In this document: piece by piece, positions 9,400-18,767 of the stretch | Numbering within the stretch: the stretch's first letter is position 1 | Layout of the letters: every line of letters starts with the position of its first letter | Origin: Halogeometricum borinquense DSM 11551 | GTDB taxonomy: Archaea; Halobacteriota; Halobacteria; Halobacteriales; Haloferacaceae | Length of the DNA: 32,000 bases | Assembly (NCBI RefSeq): GCF_000172995.2 | Contig: NC_014729.1 | Coordinates: forward strand, 1,650,001 to 1,682,000 | Direction of reading: 5' to 3' | Translations under genes and position numbers: made by a program | Notes under the pieces: model-generated | Databases searched by the model: none | What the model was told of the DNA's origin: nothing | Seen by the model: the letters and a program-made list of their open reading frames with translations, nothing else

Positions 9400-9408
9400 T
9401 TTTTATAT
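9400..9408 (+). promoter_or_regulatory. TATA box of the leuA/ilv-leu operon promoter
   Basis: tttttatat sits in a low-GC stretch. The expected transcription start of about 9425-9432 lies just before ATG 9434. Confidence 0.5.
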
Positions 9409-9410
9409 GA

Positions 9411-10682
9411 ATGCGGGTCTGGGTCGTGGTACGATGTCTCAACGACACACGGAGGACACTTCGTCGGATTCCCCGGCGGGTCGAGTTCTTCCAGGGCACG
9501 TTAGCTCACATTACTGAATCGGAGATTGACGGTGTACGGATTTTCGACACGACGCTGCGCGATGGCGAGCAGTCGCCACGCACCTCGTTCAGTTACGAGG
9601 AAAAGCGCGACATCGCGGCGACGCTAGACGAGATGGGAACGCACGTCATCGAGGCGGGCTTCCCGGTTAATTCGGACGCCGAGTTCGAGGCCGTCAGCGA
9701 CATCGCCGCCGCCACGGACACGACCGTTTGTGGGCTGGCTCGCGTCGTCGATACAGACGTGGAGGCCGCCCTCGACGCGGGGGTGGAGATGGTTCACGTC
9801 TTCGTCAGCACCAGCGACGTGCAACTGGCCGACTCCATGCACGCCTCGAAGGAGGAAGCGGTCGAACGCGCAGTCGAGAGTGTCGAACGAGTCAAAGACG
9901 CCGGTGTCGAGGTCATGTTCTCGCCGATGGATGCGACGCGAACCGACATGACGTTCCTCGCGGAGATTCTGTCCGCGGTGGACGACGCTGGCGTCGATTG
10001 GGTGAATATTCCGGACACGTGTGGCGTCGCCACGCCGACGCGCTTTGCTAATCTGATCCGCGAAGTGCGTCAGCACACCGACGCGCACATCGACGTCCAC
10101 GCGCACGACGACTTCGGACTGGCCACTGCGAACGCCATGGCGGGCTTCGAGGCTGGTGCCGCGCAGGCACAGGTGTCGGTCAACGGCATCGGTGAACGCG
10201 CGGGCAACGCCGCCTACGAGGAGGTCGTCATGTCGGCAAAGTCACTGTACGACGTAGACACGGGAATCGACACCGAACGAATCACCGAACTCTCCCGCAT
10301 CGTGGAGGAAGCAAGCGACATCCCGGTGCCGGCGAACAAGCCGGTTGTCGGACGCAACGCCTTCAGCCACGAGAGCGGTATCCACGCCGCGGGCGTCATC
10401 GAGAACTCGGACACGTTCGAGCCGGGTGTGATGACTCCCGAGATGGTCGGCGCACAACGCGAGTTCGTCCTCGGCAAACACACCGGCTCACACTCCGTCC
10501 GCAAGCGACTGGAGGACGCCGGGTTCCGACCGGACGACAGCGAGGTTCGTGCGGTCACCCGCCGGGTGAAAGATACCGGCGCGGAGAAAGAGCGCGTGAC
10601 GACGGCAGTGTTGACGCGCATCGCAGAGGATGTCGGTGTCGGTCACGAAGACGAGACGGAGCACGAGGAGGTTCGAGCCTGA
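9411..10682 (+). CDS. leuA: 2-isopropylmalate synthase / (R)-citramalate synthase family (DRE-TIM metallolyase), short form without a long C-terminal regulatory domain. The 5' end is uncertain.
   Basis: RIFDTTLRDGEQSP, HAHDDFGLATANA and HESGIH motifs are present. ATG 9411 directly abuts the TATA box and so cannot be the real start (see findings). Confidence 0.85.
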   Translation: MRVWVVVRCLNDTRRTLRRIPRRVEFFQGTLAHITESEIDGVRIFDTTLRDGEQSPRTSFSYEEKRDIAATLDEMGTHVIEAGFPVNSDAEFEAVSDIAAATDTTVCGLARVVDTDVEAALDAGVEMVHVFVSTSDVQLADSMHASKEEAVERAVESVERVKDAGVEVMFSPMDATRTDMTFLAEILSAVDDAGVDWVNIPDTCGVATPTRFANLIREVRQHTDAHIDVHAHDDFGLATANAMAGFEAGAAQAQVSVNGIGERAGNAAYEEVVMSAKSLYDVDTGIDTERITELSRIVEEASDIPVPANKPVVGRNAFSHESGIHAAGVIENSDTFEPGVMTPEMVGAQREFVLGKHTGSHSVRKRLEDAGFRPDDSEVRAVTRRVKDTGAEKERVTTAVLTRIAEDVGVGHEDETEHEEVRA

Positions 10683-11042
10683 TGCCCCGCGCCCCGTTCG
10701 CTCACGACGATGAGCCACGGGTGCGCACTCACCGCCCGCGAGTCAGCAACGCTTGCGCGGCACGAAACGTTGATAACCTTGCAGGAAAATCGACCGAATA
10801 CGATGCGACAGCAGACCCTCGAACAGTCGGCCGCCGGTCCCGTACAGACGGGACTCGGTACCGACGGTACGGTCGCTGTCCGGTCGCTCATTATTGTAGG
10901 GGCCGCCTAGCCCCTTCCATCCCCTCACTCTCGATTTTCGACGTTTCGCACGGCACACAGCCGCAGAGAGATTCCCAGATTCACCAGACGATGGACCACG
11001 CAGACCGTACACGCGACCAACGACCGTATCACAAACAGAAGA

Positions 11043-11057
11043 CACCTCCCGGAGGTG
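11043..11057 (+). promoter_or_regulatory. Shine-Dalgarno (GGAGGTG) of ilvB embedded in a perfect CACCTCC-C-GGAGGTG palindrome
   Basis: Read directly. The seven pairs c43-g57 to c49-g51 are all complementary, and the ATG is at 11062. Confidence 0.6.
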
Positions 11058-11061
11058 AACG

Positions 11062-12810
11062 ATGAGCGAACCCGCGCCCCCGAAACCCGACACGGACGAA
11101 GACGGGCCGACCGGACAGACGCCCGTGACCACGGGCGCGTCGGCCGTCGTCCGCGCGTTGGAGAACGCTGGCGTCGAAGCCGCTTTCGGCGTGCAGGGCG
11201 GGGCAATCATGCCCGTCTACGACGCGCTCTACGACTCCGACATCCGGCACATTACGATGGCGCACGAGCAGGGCGCGGCACACGCCGCCGACGCGTTCGG
11301 CGTCGTCCGGAACGAACCGGGCGTTTGCCTCGCTACTTCCGGCCCGGGCGCGACGAACCTCGTCACCGGAATTGCGGACGCTAACATGGATTCGGACGGC
11401 ATCCTCGCCCTCACCGGGCAGGTGCCATCGAACATGGTCGGCTCCGACGCGTTTCAGGAAACCGACACCATCGGCGTCACGACGCCTATCACGAAGCACA
11501 ACTACTTCGCCGCCGACTCTGACTCGGTTGGCGATACGGTGGGCGAAGCGCTCGCTCTCGCCGATGAAGGGCGACCGGGACCGACGCTCGTGGACCTGCC
11601 GAAGGACGTTACCCTCGGTGAGACGGACCGCGAACCGGGTCCGGCGGAGACGCCGAAGACGACCACGCCGCAGACGGAACCGGACGAGGCAGCCGTCGCA
11701 AACGCCGCTCGCGCTATCGAGATGGCGGAGCGACCGCTGCTCCTCTTGGGCGGCGGCGTCATCAAGGCCGACGCCACCGAGGAAGCTCGCGCGTTCGCCC
11801 ACGAGTACGGAATCCCAGTGGTGACGACGATGCCGGGAATTGGCTCGTTCCCCGAGGACGACGACCTGTGTCTCTCGTGGGCGGGTATGCACGGTACCGG
11901 CTACGCCAACATGGCGATCACCCACACGGATCTGCTGATCGCCGTCGGAACGCGCTTCGACGACCGCCTGACCGGCGGTATCGACACGTTCGCCCCCGAA
12001 GCCGAAGTCATCCACATCGACATCGACCCCGCGGAGATCTCGAAGAACATCCACGCGGACTATCCGGTGGTCGGTGACGCCGCGACGGCGTTGCGGCAAC
12101 TGTCCGACGAGGTGGCACAGAAGCCGGACGCCCGCGAGTGGCGCGAGCAGTGCCGGACGTGGAAGTCCGAATACCCGATGGACTACGCGACGCCCGAGGA
12201 CGAACCGCTGAAACCGCAGTTCGTCGTCGAGTGTCTGGACGAGGCCACTTCCGACCGCACCATCGTCACTTCCGGCGTCGGCCAACACCAGATGTGGGCC
12301 GCACAGTACTGGACGTTCACCGAACCGCAGACGTGGGTGTCCTCGCACGGACTCGGAACGATGGGCTACGGCCTGCCGGCGGCCATCGGTGCACGACTCG
12401 CCGCCGAAGACGACCAAGAGGTCGTCTGCATCGACGGTGACGGGTCGTTCCTGATGACGATTCAGGAACTGTCCGTGGCCGTCCGCGAGGAGTTAGACAT
12501 CACCGTCGCCGTCCTCAACAACGAGTACATCGGCATGGTGCGGCAATGGCAGGACGCCTTCTTCGAGGGTCGTCGCATGGCCGCACAGTACAACTGGTGT
12601 CCCGAGTTCGACAAACTCGCAGAGGCGTTCGGCGCGCGCGGTTGGCGCGTGGACGACTACGACGAAGTCGCAGATGCCATCGAGGAGGCTATCGAGTACG
12701 ACGGGCCCTCGGTCATCGACTTCCACATCGATCCGGCGGAGAACGTCTACCCGATGGTCCCCTCGGGCGGTGCGAACGGGAAGTTCGCGCTGACGGAGGA
12801 CCAATTATGA
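11062..12810 (+). CDS. ilvB: Acetolactate synthase large (catalytic) subunit, biosynthetic type
   Basis: 582 aa. TPP-enzyme signatures are present, including GDGSFLMTIQEL. A strong SD lies 4 nt upstream. Its stop overlaps the ilvN ATG (ATGA). Confidence 0.95.
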   Translation: MSEPAPPKPDTDEDGPTGQTPVTTGASAVVRALENAGVEAAFGVQGGAIMPVYDALYDSDIRHITMAHEQGAAHAADAFGVVRNEPGVCLATSGPGATNLVTGIADANMDSDGILALTGQVPSNMVGSDAFQETDTIGVTTPITKHNYFAADSDSVGDTVGEALALADEGRPGPTLVDLPKDVTLGETDREPGPAETPKTTTPQTEPDEAAVANAARAIEMAERPLLLLGGGVIKADATEEARAFAHEYGIPVVTTMPGIGSFPEDDDLCLSWAGMHGTGYANMAITHTDLLIAVGTRFDDRLTGGIDTFAPEAEVIHIDIDPAEISKNIHADYPVVGDAATALRQLSDEVAQKPDAREWREQCRTWKSEYPMDYATPEDEPLKPQFVVECLDEATSDRTIVTSGVGQHQMWAAQYWTFTEPQTWVSSHGLGTMGYGLPAAIGARLAAEDDQEVVCIDGDGSFLMTIQELSVAVREELDITVAVLNNEYIGMVRQWQDAFFEGRRMAAQYNWCPEFDKLAEAFGARGWRVDDYDEVADAIEEAIEYDGPSVIDFHIDPAENVYPMVPSGGANGKFALTEDQL

Positions 12811-13487
12811 CGGACGCAAACGACGCGAACGGGGAACTGCCCAAACACGGTCTGAAGGGACCGGAACCCAACGAACGACCACATCCGGAGGGACGACGCA
12901 ACTCGCAGGGCATCCGCATCGATCCTGAAGTCGAGGCGGAACCCGACACGCAACGCGCCGTCATCTCCGCGCTGGTCGAGAACGACCCCGGCGTGCTCTC
13001 GCGCGTGTCGGGACTCGTCTCTCGACGGCAGTTCAACATCGAGAGTCTGACCGTCGGTCCGACCACCGTGGACGGACACTCTCGAATTACGATGGTCGTC
13101 GAGGAGCCGGCTCCCGGCATCGACCAGATCGAAAAGCAACTGTCGAAGCTGAAGCCCGTCATCTCGGTCGGCGAACTGGACGACGACGCCGTGCGCGCGG
13201 AGTTAGTGCTCTTAAAGGTGCGCGGCGACGAACCGGACAAAGTTCACGCCATCACCGAGATGTACGAGGGGAAGACGCTCGACGCCGGCCCGCGGACCAT
13301 CACGGTGCAACTCACCGGCAACGAACAGAAGATAGACGACGCCATCGACGCCTTCCGCCAGTTCGGCATCATCGAGATCGCCCGGACCGGACAGACCGCA
13401 CTGGCGCGCGGTGACCAAGCCACAGTCCCCGGAGAGAAACCAGCAACCTCCGGCGAACCGACGACTCCAACAAACTACGATGACTGA
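12807..13487 (+). CDS. ilvN: Acetolactate synthase small (regulatory) subunit
   Basis: The ACT-domain core is [37 protein letters not shown] 12807 overlaps the ilvB stop. The ORF-track start at 12546 lies inside ilvB. Confidence 0.9.
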   Translation: MTDANDANGELPKHGLKGPEPNERPHPEGRRNSQGIRIDPEVEAEPDTQRAVISALVENDPGVLSRVSGLVSRRQFNIESLTVGPTTVDGHSRITMVVEEPAPGIDQIEKQLSKLKPVISVGELDDDAVRAELVLLKVRGDEPDKVHAITEMYEGKTLDAGPRTITVQLTGNEQKIDDAIDAFRQFGIIEIARTGQTALARGDQATVPGEKPATSGEPTTPTNYDD

Positions 13488-14523
13488 CGACGAACTCACG
13501 ACGACTGTATACTACGACGAAGACGCAGACCGAACGCATATCGACGACAAGACCGTCGCCGTTCTCGGCTACGGCAGTCAGGGTCACGCCCACGCACAGA
13601 ACCTCGCAGACAGCGGGGTTGATGTGGTTGTCGGCCTCCGCGAGAGTTCTTCCTCCCGTGCCGCCGCGAAAGATGACGGTCTCCGCGTGGCGACGCCCGT
13701 CGAGGCCGCCGCCGAAGCGGACATCGTTTCGGTCCTCGTCCCCGACACGGTCCAACCGGCGGTGTTCGAGGAGATTCGAGACGAACTCGACGCTGGCGAC
13801 ACCCTCCAGTTCGCGCACGGCTTCAACATCCACTACAACCAGATCCGTCCGCCGGAAGACGTGGACGTGACGATGGTCGCCCCGAAGTCGCCGGGCCATC
13901 TCGTCCGACGCAACTACCAGAGCGACGAGGGGACGCCGGGTCTCATCGCCGTCTATCAGGACGAGACGGGCGACGCCAGAGACGAAGCACTCGCGTACGC
14001 ACACGCTATCGGCTGTACCCGCGCGGGCGTCATCCAGACCTCGTTCCAAGAGGAGACGGAGACGGACCTGTTCGGCGAACAGGCCGTCCTCTGCGGCGGC
14101 GTCACCTCTCTCGTGAAACAGGGTTACGAGACGCTCGTTGACGCGGGCTACTCTCCCGAGATGGCCTACTTCGAGTGTCTGAACGAACTGAAACTCATCG
14201 TGGACCTGATGTACGAGGGCGGACTCGGCGAGATGTGGCACTCCGTATCCGATACCGCCGAGTACGGCGGTCTCACGCGCGGTGACCGCGTCGTTGACGA
14301 ACACGCCCGCGAGAACATGGAGGAGATTCTCGAAGAGGTCCAAAACGGGACGTTCGCCCGCGAGTGGATCGCGGAGAATCAGGCTGGACGGCCCTCCTAC
14401 ACGCAACTGAAAGACCGAGAGGAGAACCACCATATCGAACAGGTGGGCGAACCCCTGCGTGACCTGTTCGCGTGGGCCGACGAGGGCGACGCGGAGAAAG
14501 CAGAAGCACCGGCAGACGACTAA
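13480..14523 (+). CDS. ilvC: Ketol-acid reductoisomerase
   Basis: [17 protein letters not shown] is the Rossmann motif. ATG 13480 lies 5 nt before the ilvN stop. Confidence 0.95.
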   Translation: MTDDELTTTVYYDEDADRTHIDDKTVAVLGYGSQGHAHAQNLADSGVDVVVGLRESSSSRAAAKDDGLRVATPVEAAAEADIVSVLVPDTVQPAVFEEIRDELDAGDTLQFAHGFNIHYNQIRPPEDVDVTMVAPKSPGHLVRRNYQSDEGTPGLIAVYQDETGDARDEALAYAHAIGCTRAGVIQTSFQEETETDLFGEQAVLCGGVTSLVKQGYETLVDAGYSPEMAYFECLNELKLIVDLMYEGGLGEMWHSVSDTAEYGGLTRGDRVVDEHARENMEEILEEVQNGTFAREWIAENQAGRPSYTQLKDREENHHIEQVGEPLRDLFAWADEGDAEKAEAPADD

Positions 14524-14548
14524 CCACCTTCCCCCACATATCGTACCA

Positions 14549-14833
14549 ATGACGCGAGATGAGACACGAGACGACGCATCGAATCGCATGCGAAATGTTA
14601 GCCATACAAATCCCTACACGGGAGAGACGTTCACGACAGTCTACGAACGCGGCCCGGCCGTCACCGACGGCGGACAGTCCGGCTCCAAGCCTGCGACGAC
14701 GGGCGGTTTGGAGGCGATGAAAAACGTTGACCACACGCCCCCACACGGTGACGAAACGAACCGCGTTTGGAATCGCGGGCGGACAGCAATCACCGGCCGT
14801 AATCGGTCGGTTGCGGGTGACGTAGATGAGTAA
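14549..14833 (+). CDS. Hypothetical 94-aa protein with an internal duplicated module, translationally coupled to leuC
   Basis: ATG 14549 lies 25 nt after the ilvC stop. The stop TAA at 14831-33 overlaps the leuC ATG at 14826 (ATGAGTAA). Two M(R/K)NV.HT.P...ET..V..RG modules differ mostly at synonymous positions. GC3 is about 65%, lower than I estimate for the flanking genes. Confidence 0.5.
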   Translation: MTRDETRDDASNRMRNVSHTNPYTGETFTTVYERGPAVTDGGQSGSKPATTGGLEAMKNVDHTPPHGDETNRVWNRGRTAITGRNRSVAGDVDE

Positions 14834-16247
14834 GGGAACGCTGTACGACAAGGTCTGGGATAACCACACCGTCACGCAACTGCCGACCGGGCAGACGCAA
14901 CTGTTCGTCGGCCTGCACCTCATCCACGAGGTGACGAGTCCGCAGGCGTTCGGGATGCTGCGCGAACGCGGCATGGATGTGGCGTTCCCCGACCGGACGC
15001 ATGCGACGGTAGACCACATCGTCCCGACGTCGGACCAGTCGCGCCCGTACACCGACGACGCCGCCGAAGAGATGATGTCGGAGTTAGAGGAGAACGTCCG
15101 CGATGCGGGTATCGACTTTTCGGATCCGACGACGGGCGATCAGGGTATCGTCCACGTCATCGGACCGGAGCAGGGAATCACCCAGCCCGGAACGACCATC
15201 GTCTGCGGCGACAGCCACACCTCGACGCACGGCGCGTTCGGCGCGCTGGCGTTCGGTATCGGCACCTCACAGATCCGTGACGTGCTGGCGACGGGATGTA
15301 TCGCCATGGAAAAACAGAAGGTCCGGAAAATCGAGGTCACCGGCGAACTCGGCGAGGGTGTCGAGGCGAAGGACGTCATCCTCGAAATCATTCGTCGTCT
15401 CGGAACCGACGGCGGCGTCGGCTACGTCTACGAGTACGCCGGGGAGGCTATCGAAAACCTCGGCATGGAAGGGCGGATGTCGATCTGCAACATGTCTATC
15501 GAGGGCGGCGCTCGCGCGGGCTACGTCAACCCCGACGAGACGACGTTCGAGTGGTTAGAAGAGACCGACGAGTTCGCGGACGACCCCGAGAAGTTCGAAC
15601 GGCTGAAACCCTACTGGGAGTCCGTCCAGTCCGACGAAGACGCCGAGTACGACGACGTGGTCACTATCGACGGCGACGAACTCGAACCGGTCGTCACGTG
15701 GGGGACGACGCCCGGACAGGGCGTCGGTATCACCGAACCCATCCCGGCACCCGAAGAGTTGCCGGAGGACAAACAGGACACCGCGCGCCGTGCCCAAGAG
15801 CACATGCGCGTGACGCCCGGCGAGACAATGGAAGGCTACCCAATCGACGTGGCGTTCCTCGGATCCTGTACGAACGCTCGCCTCGCGGACTTGCGCCGTG
15901 CCGCCCGCCTCGTCAAGGGGCGACAGGTCCACGAGGACGTGCGCGCGATGGTCGTCCCCGGCAGTCAGCGCGTCCAGACGGCGGCCGAAGAGGAAGGACT
16001 GAAAGACATCTTCGAGGAAGCCGGCTTCGAGTGGCGTAACGCTGGGTGTTCGATGTGCCTCGGCATGAACGAAGACCAACTGGAGGGCGACGAGGCGTGT
16101 GCGTCCTCCTCGAACCGTAACTTCGTCGGCCGGCAGGGATCGAAAGACGGGCGTACCGTCCTGATGAACCCGCGCATGGTCGCCGCCGCGGCTATTAACG
16201 GGGCAGTGAGTGACGTGCGCGAGATGAAGGAGGTGAATCTGGCATGA
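14826..16247 (+). CDS. leuC: 3-isopropylmalate dehydratase large subunit
   Basis: Aconitase-family motifs [23 protein letters not shown] and CSMCLGMN are present. ATGA overlap with leuD. Confidence 0.95.
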   Translation: MSKGTLYDKVWDNHTVTQLPTGQTQLFVGLHLIHEVTSPQAFGMLRERGMDVAFPDRTHATVDHIVPTSDQSRPYTDDAAEEMMSELEENVRDAGIDFSDPTTGDQGIVHVIGPEQGITQPGTTIVCGDSHTSTHGAFGALAFGIGTSQIRDVLATGCIAMEKQKVRKIEVTGELGEGVEAKDVILEIIRRLGTDGGVGYVYEYAGEAIENLGMEGRMSICNMSIEGGARAGYVNPDETTFEWLEETDEFADDPEKFERLKPYWESVQSDEDAEYDDVVTIDGDELEPVVTWGTTPGQGVGITEPIPAPEELPEDKQDTARRAQEHMRVTPGETMEGYPIDVAFLGSCTNARLADLRRAARLVKGRQVHEDVRAMVVPGSQRVQTAAEEEGLKDIFEEAGFEWRNAGCSMCLGMNEDQLEGDEACASSSNRNFVGRQGSKDGRTVLMNPRMVAAAAINGAVSDVREMKEVNLA

Positions 16248-16858
16248 CGGAAACGATCCCGGAGGTCGATTACGTTTCGGGGACGGGTATCCCGATTCGC
16301 GGGAACGACATCGACACCGACCAGATCATCCCGGCGCGGTTCATGAAAGTCGTCACGTTCGACGGACTGGGGCAGTTCGCGTTCTTCGACCTGCGATTTG
16401 ATGACGACGACGAACCGAAAGACCACCCGATGAACGAGGATCGCTTCAAGGACTCCTCGGTGATGGTGGTCAACGCTAACTTCGGCTGTGGGTCCTCGCG
16501 CGAACACGCCCCGCAAGCGCTGATGCGCTGGGGTATCGACGCCATCATCGGCGAATCGTTCGCGGAAATCTTCGCGGGTAACTGTCTCGCTCTCGGCATC
16601 CCGACCGTCACCGCCGACCACGAGACCATCGCGGAACTGCAGTCGTGGGTTGACGAGAACCCAGACAGCGACATCGAGGTTGACGTGGAGGCCGAGACGG
16701 TCACCTACGGCGGGAAGACCATCGATGTGACCGTTGACGACGCCCAGCGAAAGGCGCTCGTGGACGGCGTCTGGGATACGACAGCGCTGATGAAGTCGAA
16801 CGAGAAAGCGGTCCGCGATACGATGGACTCGTTGCCTTACGTGGAGAGCGATGACTGA
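16244..16858 (+). CDS. leuD: 3-isopropylmalate dehydratase small subunit
   Basis: [14 protein letters not shown] motif. Overlaps leuB by 8 nt (ATGACTGA). Confidence 0.95.
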   Translation: MTETIPEVDYVSGTGIPIRGNDIDTDQIIPARFMKVVTFDGLGQFAFFDLRFDDDDEPKDHPMNEDRFKDSSVMVVNANFGCGSSREHAPQALMRWGIDAIIGESFAEIFAGNCLALGIPTVTADHETIAELQSWVDENPDSDIEVDVEAETVTYGGKTIDVTVDDAQRKALVDGVWDTTALMKSNEKAVRDTMDSLPYVESDD

Positions 16859-17828
16859 GCAAATCGTTGTCGTCGAAGGTGATGGCATCGGGGCGGAGGT
16901 CGTCCCGGCCGCTGTGGACGTACTGAAAGCGGTCGGCGACTTCGAGTTCGTCGAAGCCGACGCCGGCGACGCTGTGAAGGCCGAAACAGGTGAGGCACTG
17001 CCGCAGGAGACGTACGACGCCGTCGCCGACGCTGACGCGACGCTGTTCGGCGCAGCGGGCGAGACGGCTGCCGACGTGATTCTCCCGCTCCGCGAAGCGG
17101 TAGACTCGTTCGTCAACGTCCGTCCGGCGAAGGCCTACCCCGGCGTTGACGCACTCCGACCGGAGACGGACCTCGTCTTCCTTCGAGAGAACACCGAGGG
17201 CGTCTATTCGGGTCACGAGGACCGTCTGTCGGATGATCTCTCCACGCTCACGCGCGTCGTCACCACCTCGGCGTCAGAACAACTCGCCGAGTACGCCTGC
17301 GACTTCGTCGGCGGCGAGGGCGGCAGTTTCCAGATCGCCCACAAAGCGAACGTGATGCGCGAAACCGACGGTCGATTCCGCGATACCATCGTCTCTGTCG
17401 CCGACAAACGTGGCGTCGAAGTCGAAGAAGTGCTGATGGACGCCTTCGCCACGCGCGTCTGTCTGGATCCGACGCAGTTCGACACTATCGTCTGTCCGAA
17501 TCTCGCGGGTGACGTGCTTTCGGACCTCGCGGCCGGACTCGTCGGCGGTCTCGGTCTGCTCCCTTCGGCTAATATCGGCCCCGACAACGCTCTCTTCGAA
17601 CCGGTTCACGGCACCGCACCGGATATCGCTGGCGAGGGTATCGCCAACCCGTCGGCGACGATTCTCTCCGCGGCGATGCTCTTAGAACACCTCGGCTACG
17701 ACGACGAGGGCGCGGCCGTCCGCGAGGCGGTCGAATCCACGCTCGCTGAGGGGCCGTGTACCCCTGATTTGGGTGGCGACGCCGCCACCGAGGACGTGAC
17801 GAAAGCAATCATCAACAAACTCGACTGA
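16851..17828 (+). CDS. leuB: 3-isopropylmalate dehydrogenase
   Basis: [25 protein letters not shown] is the signature of isocitrate/isopropylmalate dehydrogenases. Last gene of the operon. Confidence 0.95.
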   Translation: MTEQIVVVEGDGIGAEVVPAAVDVLKAVGDFEFVEADAGDAVKAETGEALPQETYDAVADADATLFGAAGETAADVILPLREAVDSFVNVRPAKAYPGVDALRPETDLVFLRENTEGVYSGHEDRLSDDLSTLTRVVTTSASEQLAEYACDFVGGEGGSFQIAHKANVMRETDGRFRDTIVSVADKRGVEVEEVLMDAFATRVCLDPTQFDTIVCPNLAGDVLSDLAAGLVGGLGLLPSANIGPDNALFEPVHGTAPDIAGEGIANPSATILSAAMLLEHLGYDDEGAAVREAVESTLAEGPCTPDLGGDAATEDVTKAIINKLD

Positions 17829-17866
17829 CTGCAACTCAGTTTTGGCGTTTTCTTTGGGATTTGCAG
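17829..17866 (+). terminator. Putative ilv-leu operon terminator: T-tracts bracketed by a 6-7 bp inverted repeat
   Basis: ctgcaa (17829-34) pairs with ttgcag (17861-66). T4, T4 and T3 runs lie at 17840-17855, immediately after the leuB stop. Archaeal termination is known to use oligo-T. Confidence 0.5.
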
Positions 17867-17999
17867 TTGTACAGTGGCTACTCTCATCTCCCAGCTGTAT
17901 GCAAGCGAGTTATTTCTGCATGAACTATGCATGATTGAACGATTATCGAACGCAAACAATTAACAGCGGAAGGTGGCTACTGCGGAACACGACTGACAC

Positions 18000-18767
18000 A
18001 TGTTACCCGCAGAACGCAAACGACGGATCGTGGAACTCGTCTCCGCAGACGACGGGCGGTCCGTCGAGGGACTCGCCGATGAACTCGGGTACTCGAAAGC
18101 GACCATCCGACGTGACCTCCGAGAACTGGAGGACCGCGGTCTCATCGAACGATCACACGGCGGTGCAGTTCCGGTTACGACGGTCGGCAAAGAGCAGACG
18201 TACGGGCAAAAGGAGGTACAAAATATCGACGGCAAGCGGTCGATAGCCGAGCGTGCTGTCGAGGAGATAACCCCCGGGCAGGTCGTCTTCTTCGATGCCG
18301 GAACGACGACTATGGAAGTTGCAAAGCAGGCACCGACAGACGGATCGGTTCTTTCGGTGACGAACTCTCCGCGCCTCGCCGTAGAACTCGGGAAGGAGGA
18401 AAACGACGTGAAACTCACCGGCGGCACCCTTCGCAGTCGGACACGCGCACTCGTCGGGCCGACTGCAGAATCGTTCATGGAGCGGACGAACTTCGATCTC
18501 CTCTTTCTCGGAACGAACGCTATCGACGCTGACGGTGGTCTGACGACGCCGAACGAGGACGAAGCACGGATGAAGGAACTGATGACAGAGAAGGCGGCGC
18601 GAGTTGTCCTCGTCGCTGACGCGACCAAAGTCGGCAAACGATCGTTCGTCAAGTTCGCGGACCTCGGCGACGTAGATGTGTTTGTCACCGACGCGGAATT
18701 ACCGCAGAGAGAGCGGCAAGCGTTCGAGAACGAGGGTGTCTCTGTCGTGGCGGCTCCGCCGGAATAA
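18000..18767 (+). CDS. glpR: DeoR-family transcriptional regulator (GlpR-type sugar-metabolism repressor)
   Basis: N-terminal HTH ERKRRIVELV...SVEGLADELGYSKATIRRDLRELEDRGLIERSHGGA, plus a C-terminal DeoR sugar-binding domain. Sits directly after leuB, as in Haloferax volcanii. Confidence 0.85.
   Translation: MLPAERKRRIVELVSADDGRSVEGLADELGYSKATIRRDLRELEDRGLIERSHGGAVPVTTVGKEQTYGQKEVQNIDGKRSIAERAVEEITPGQVVFFDAGTTTMEVAKQAPTDGSVLSVTNSPRLAVELGKEENDVKLTGGTLRSRTRALVGPTAESFMERTNFDLLFLGTNAIDADGGLTTPNEDEARMKELMTEKAARVVLVADATKVGKRSFVKFADLGDVDVFVTDAELPQRERQAFENEGVSVVAAPPE

Noticed and set aside
9311-9433. Upstream part of the 68-aa ORF 9311..9517, and ATG 9411 as the true leuA start
   Set aside because: Both begin at or before the TATA box (9400-9408) in a low-GC promoter region, so they would not be on the mRNA.
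10682-11065. 127-aa ORF that exactly bridges the leuA stop and the ilvB start, considered as a confident protein-coding gene
   Set aside because: Both junction overlaps are striking, but the product is very basic. I counted GC3 at about 58%, roughly bulk GC, against the much higher values I estimate for flanking genes. Minus-strand frames are also open here. It is kept as a finding, not as a CDS feature.
11029-12417. 462-aa ORF on the minus strand, antisense to ilvB. The same applies to 13369..14589 (antisense to ilvC), 15965..17116 (leuC/leuD/leuB), 18888..20066 (fba), 22724..23641 (dehydratase), 24964..25983 (HemAT), 28565..29857 (PhoX) and 371..970 (sulfatase).
   Set aside because: These are classic shadow ORFs of a high-GC genome. 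They are R/G/V/H-rich and basic, carry no recognisable motifs, and each lies opposite a gene with unambiguous enzyme signatures and acidic halophile composition.
12546-12806. Long N-terminal extension of ilvN (track ORF start 12546). The same applies to the extensions of ilvC (13411) and orf94 (14459).
   Set aside because: The extensions lie inside the preceding genes in another frame and are basic. The ATGs at 12807, 13480 and 14549 give canonical N-termini and operon junctions.
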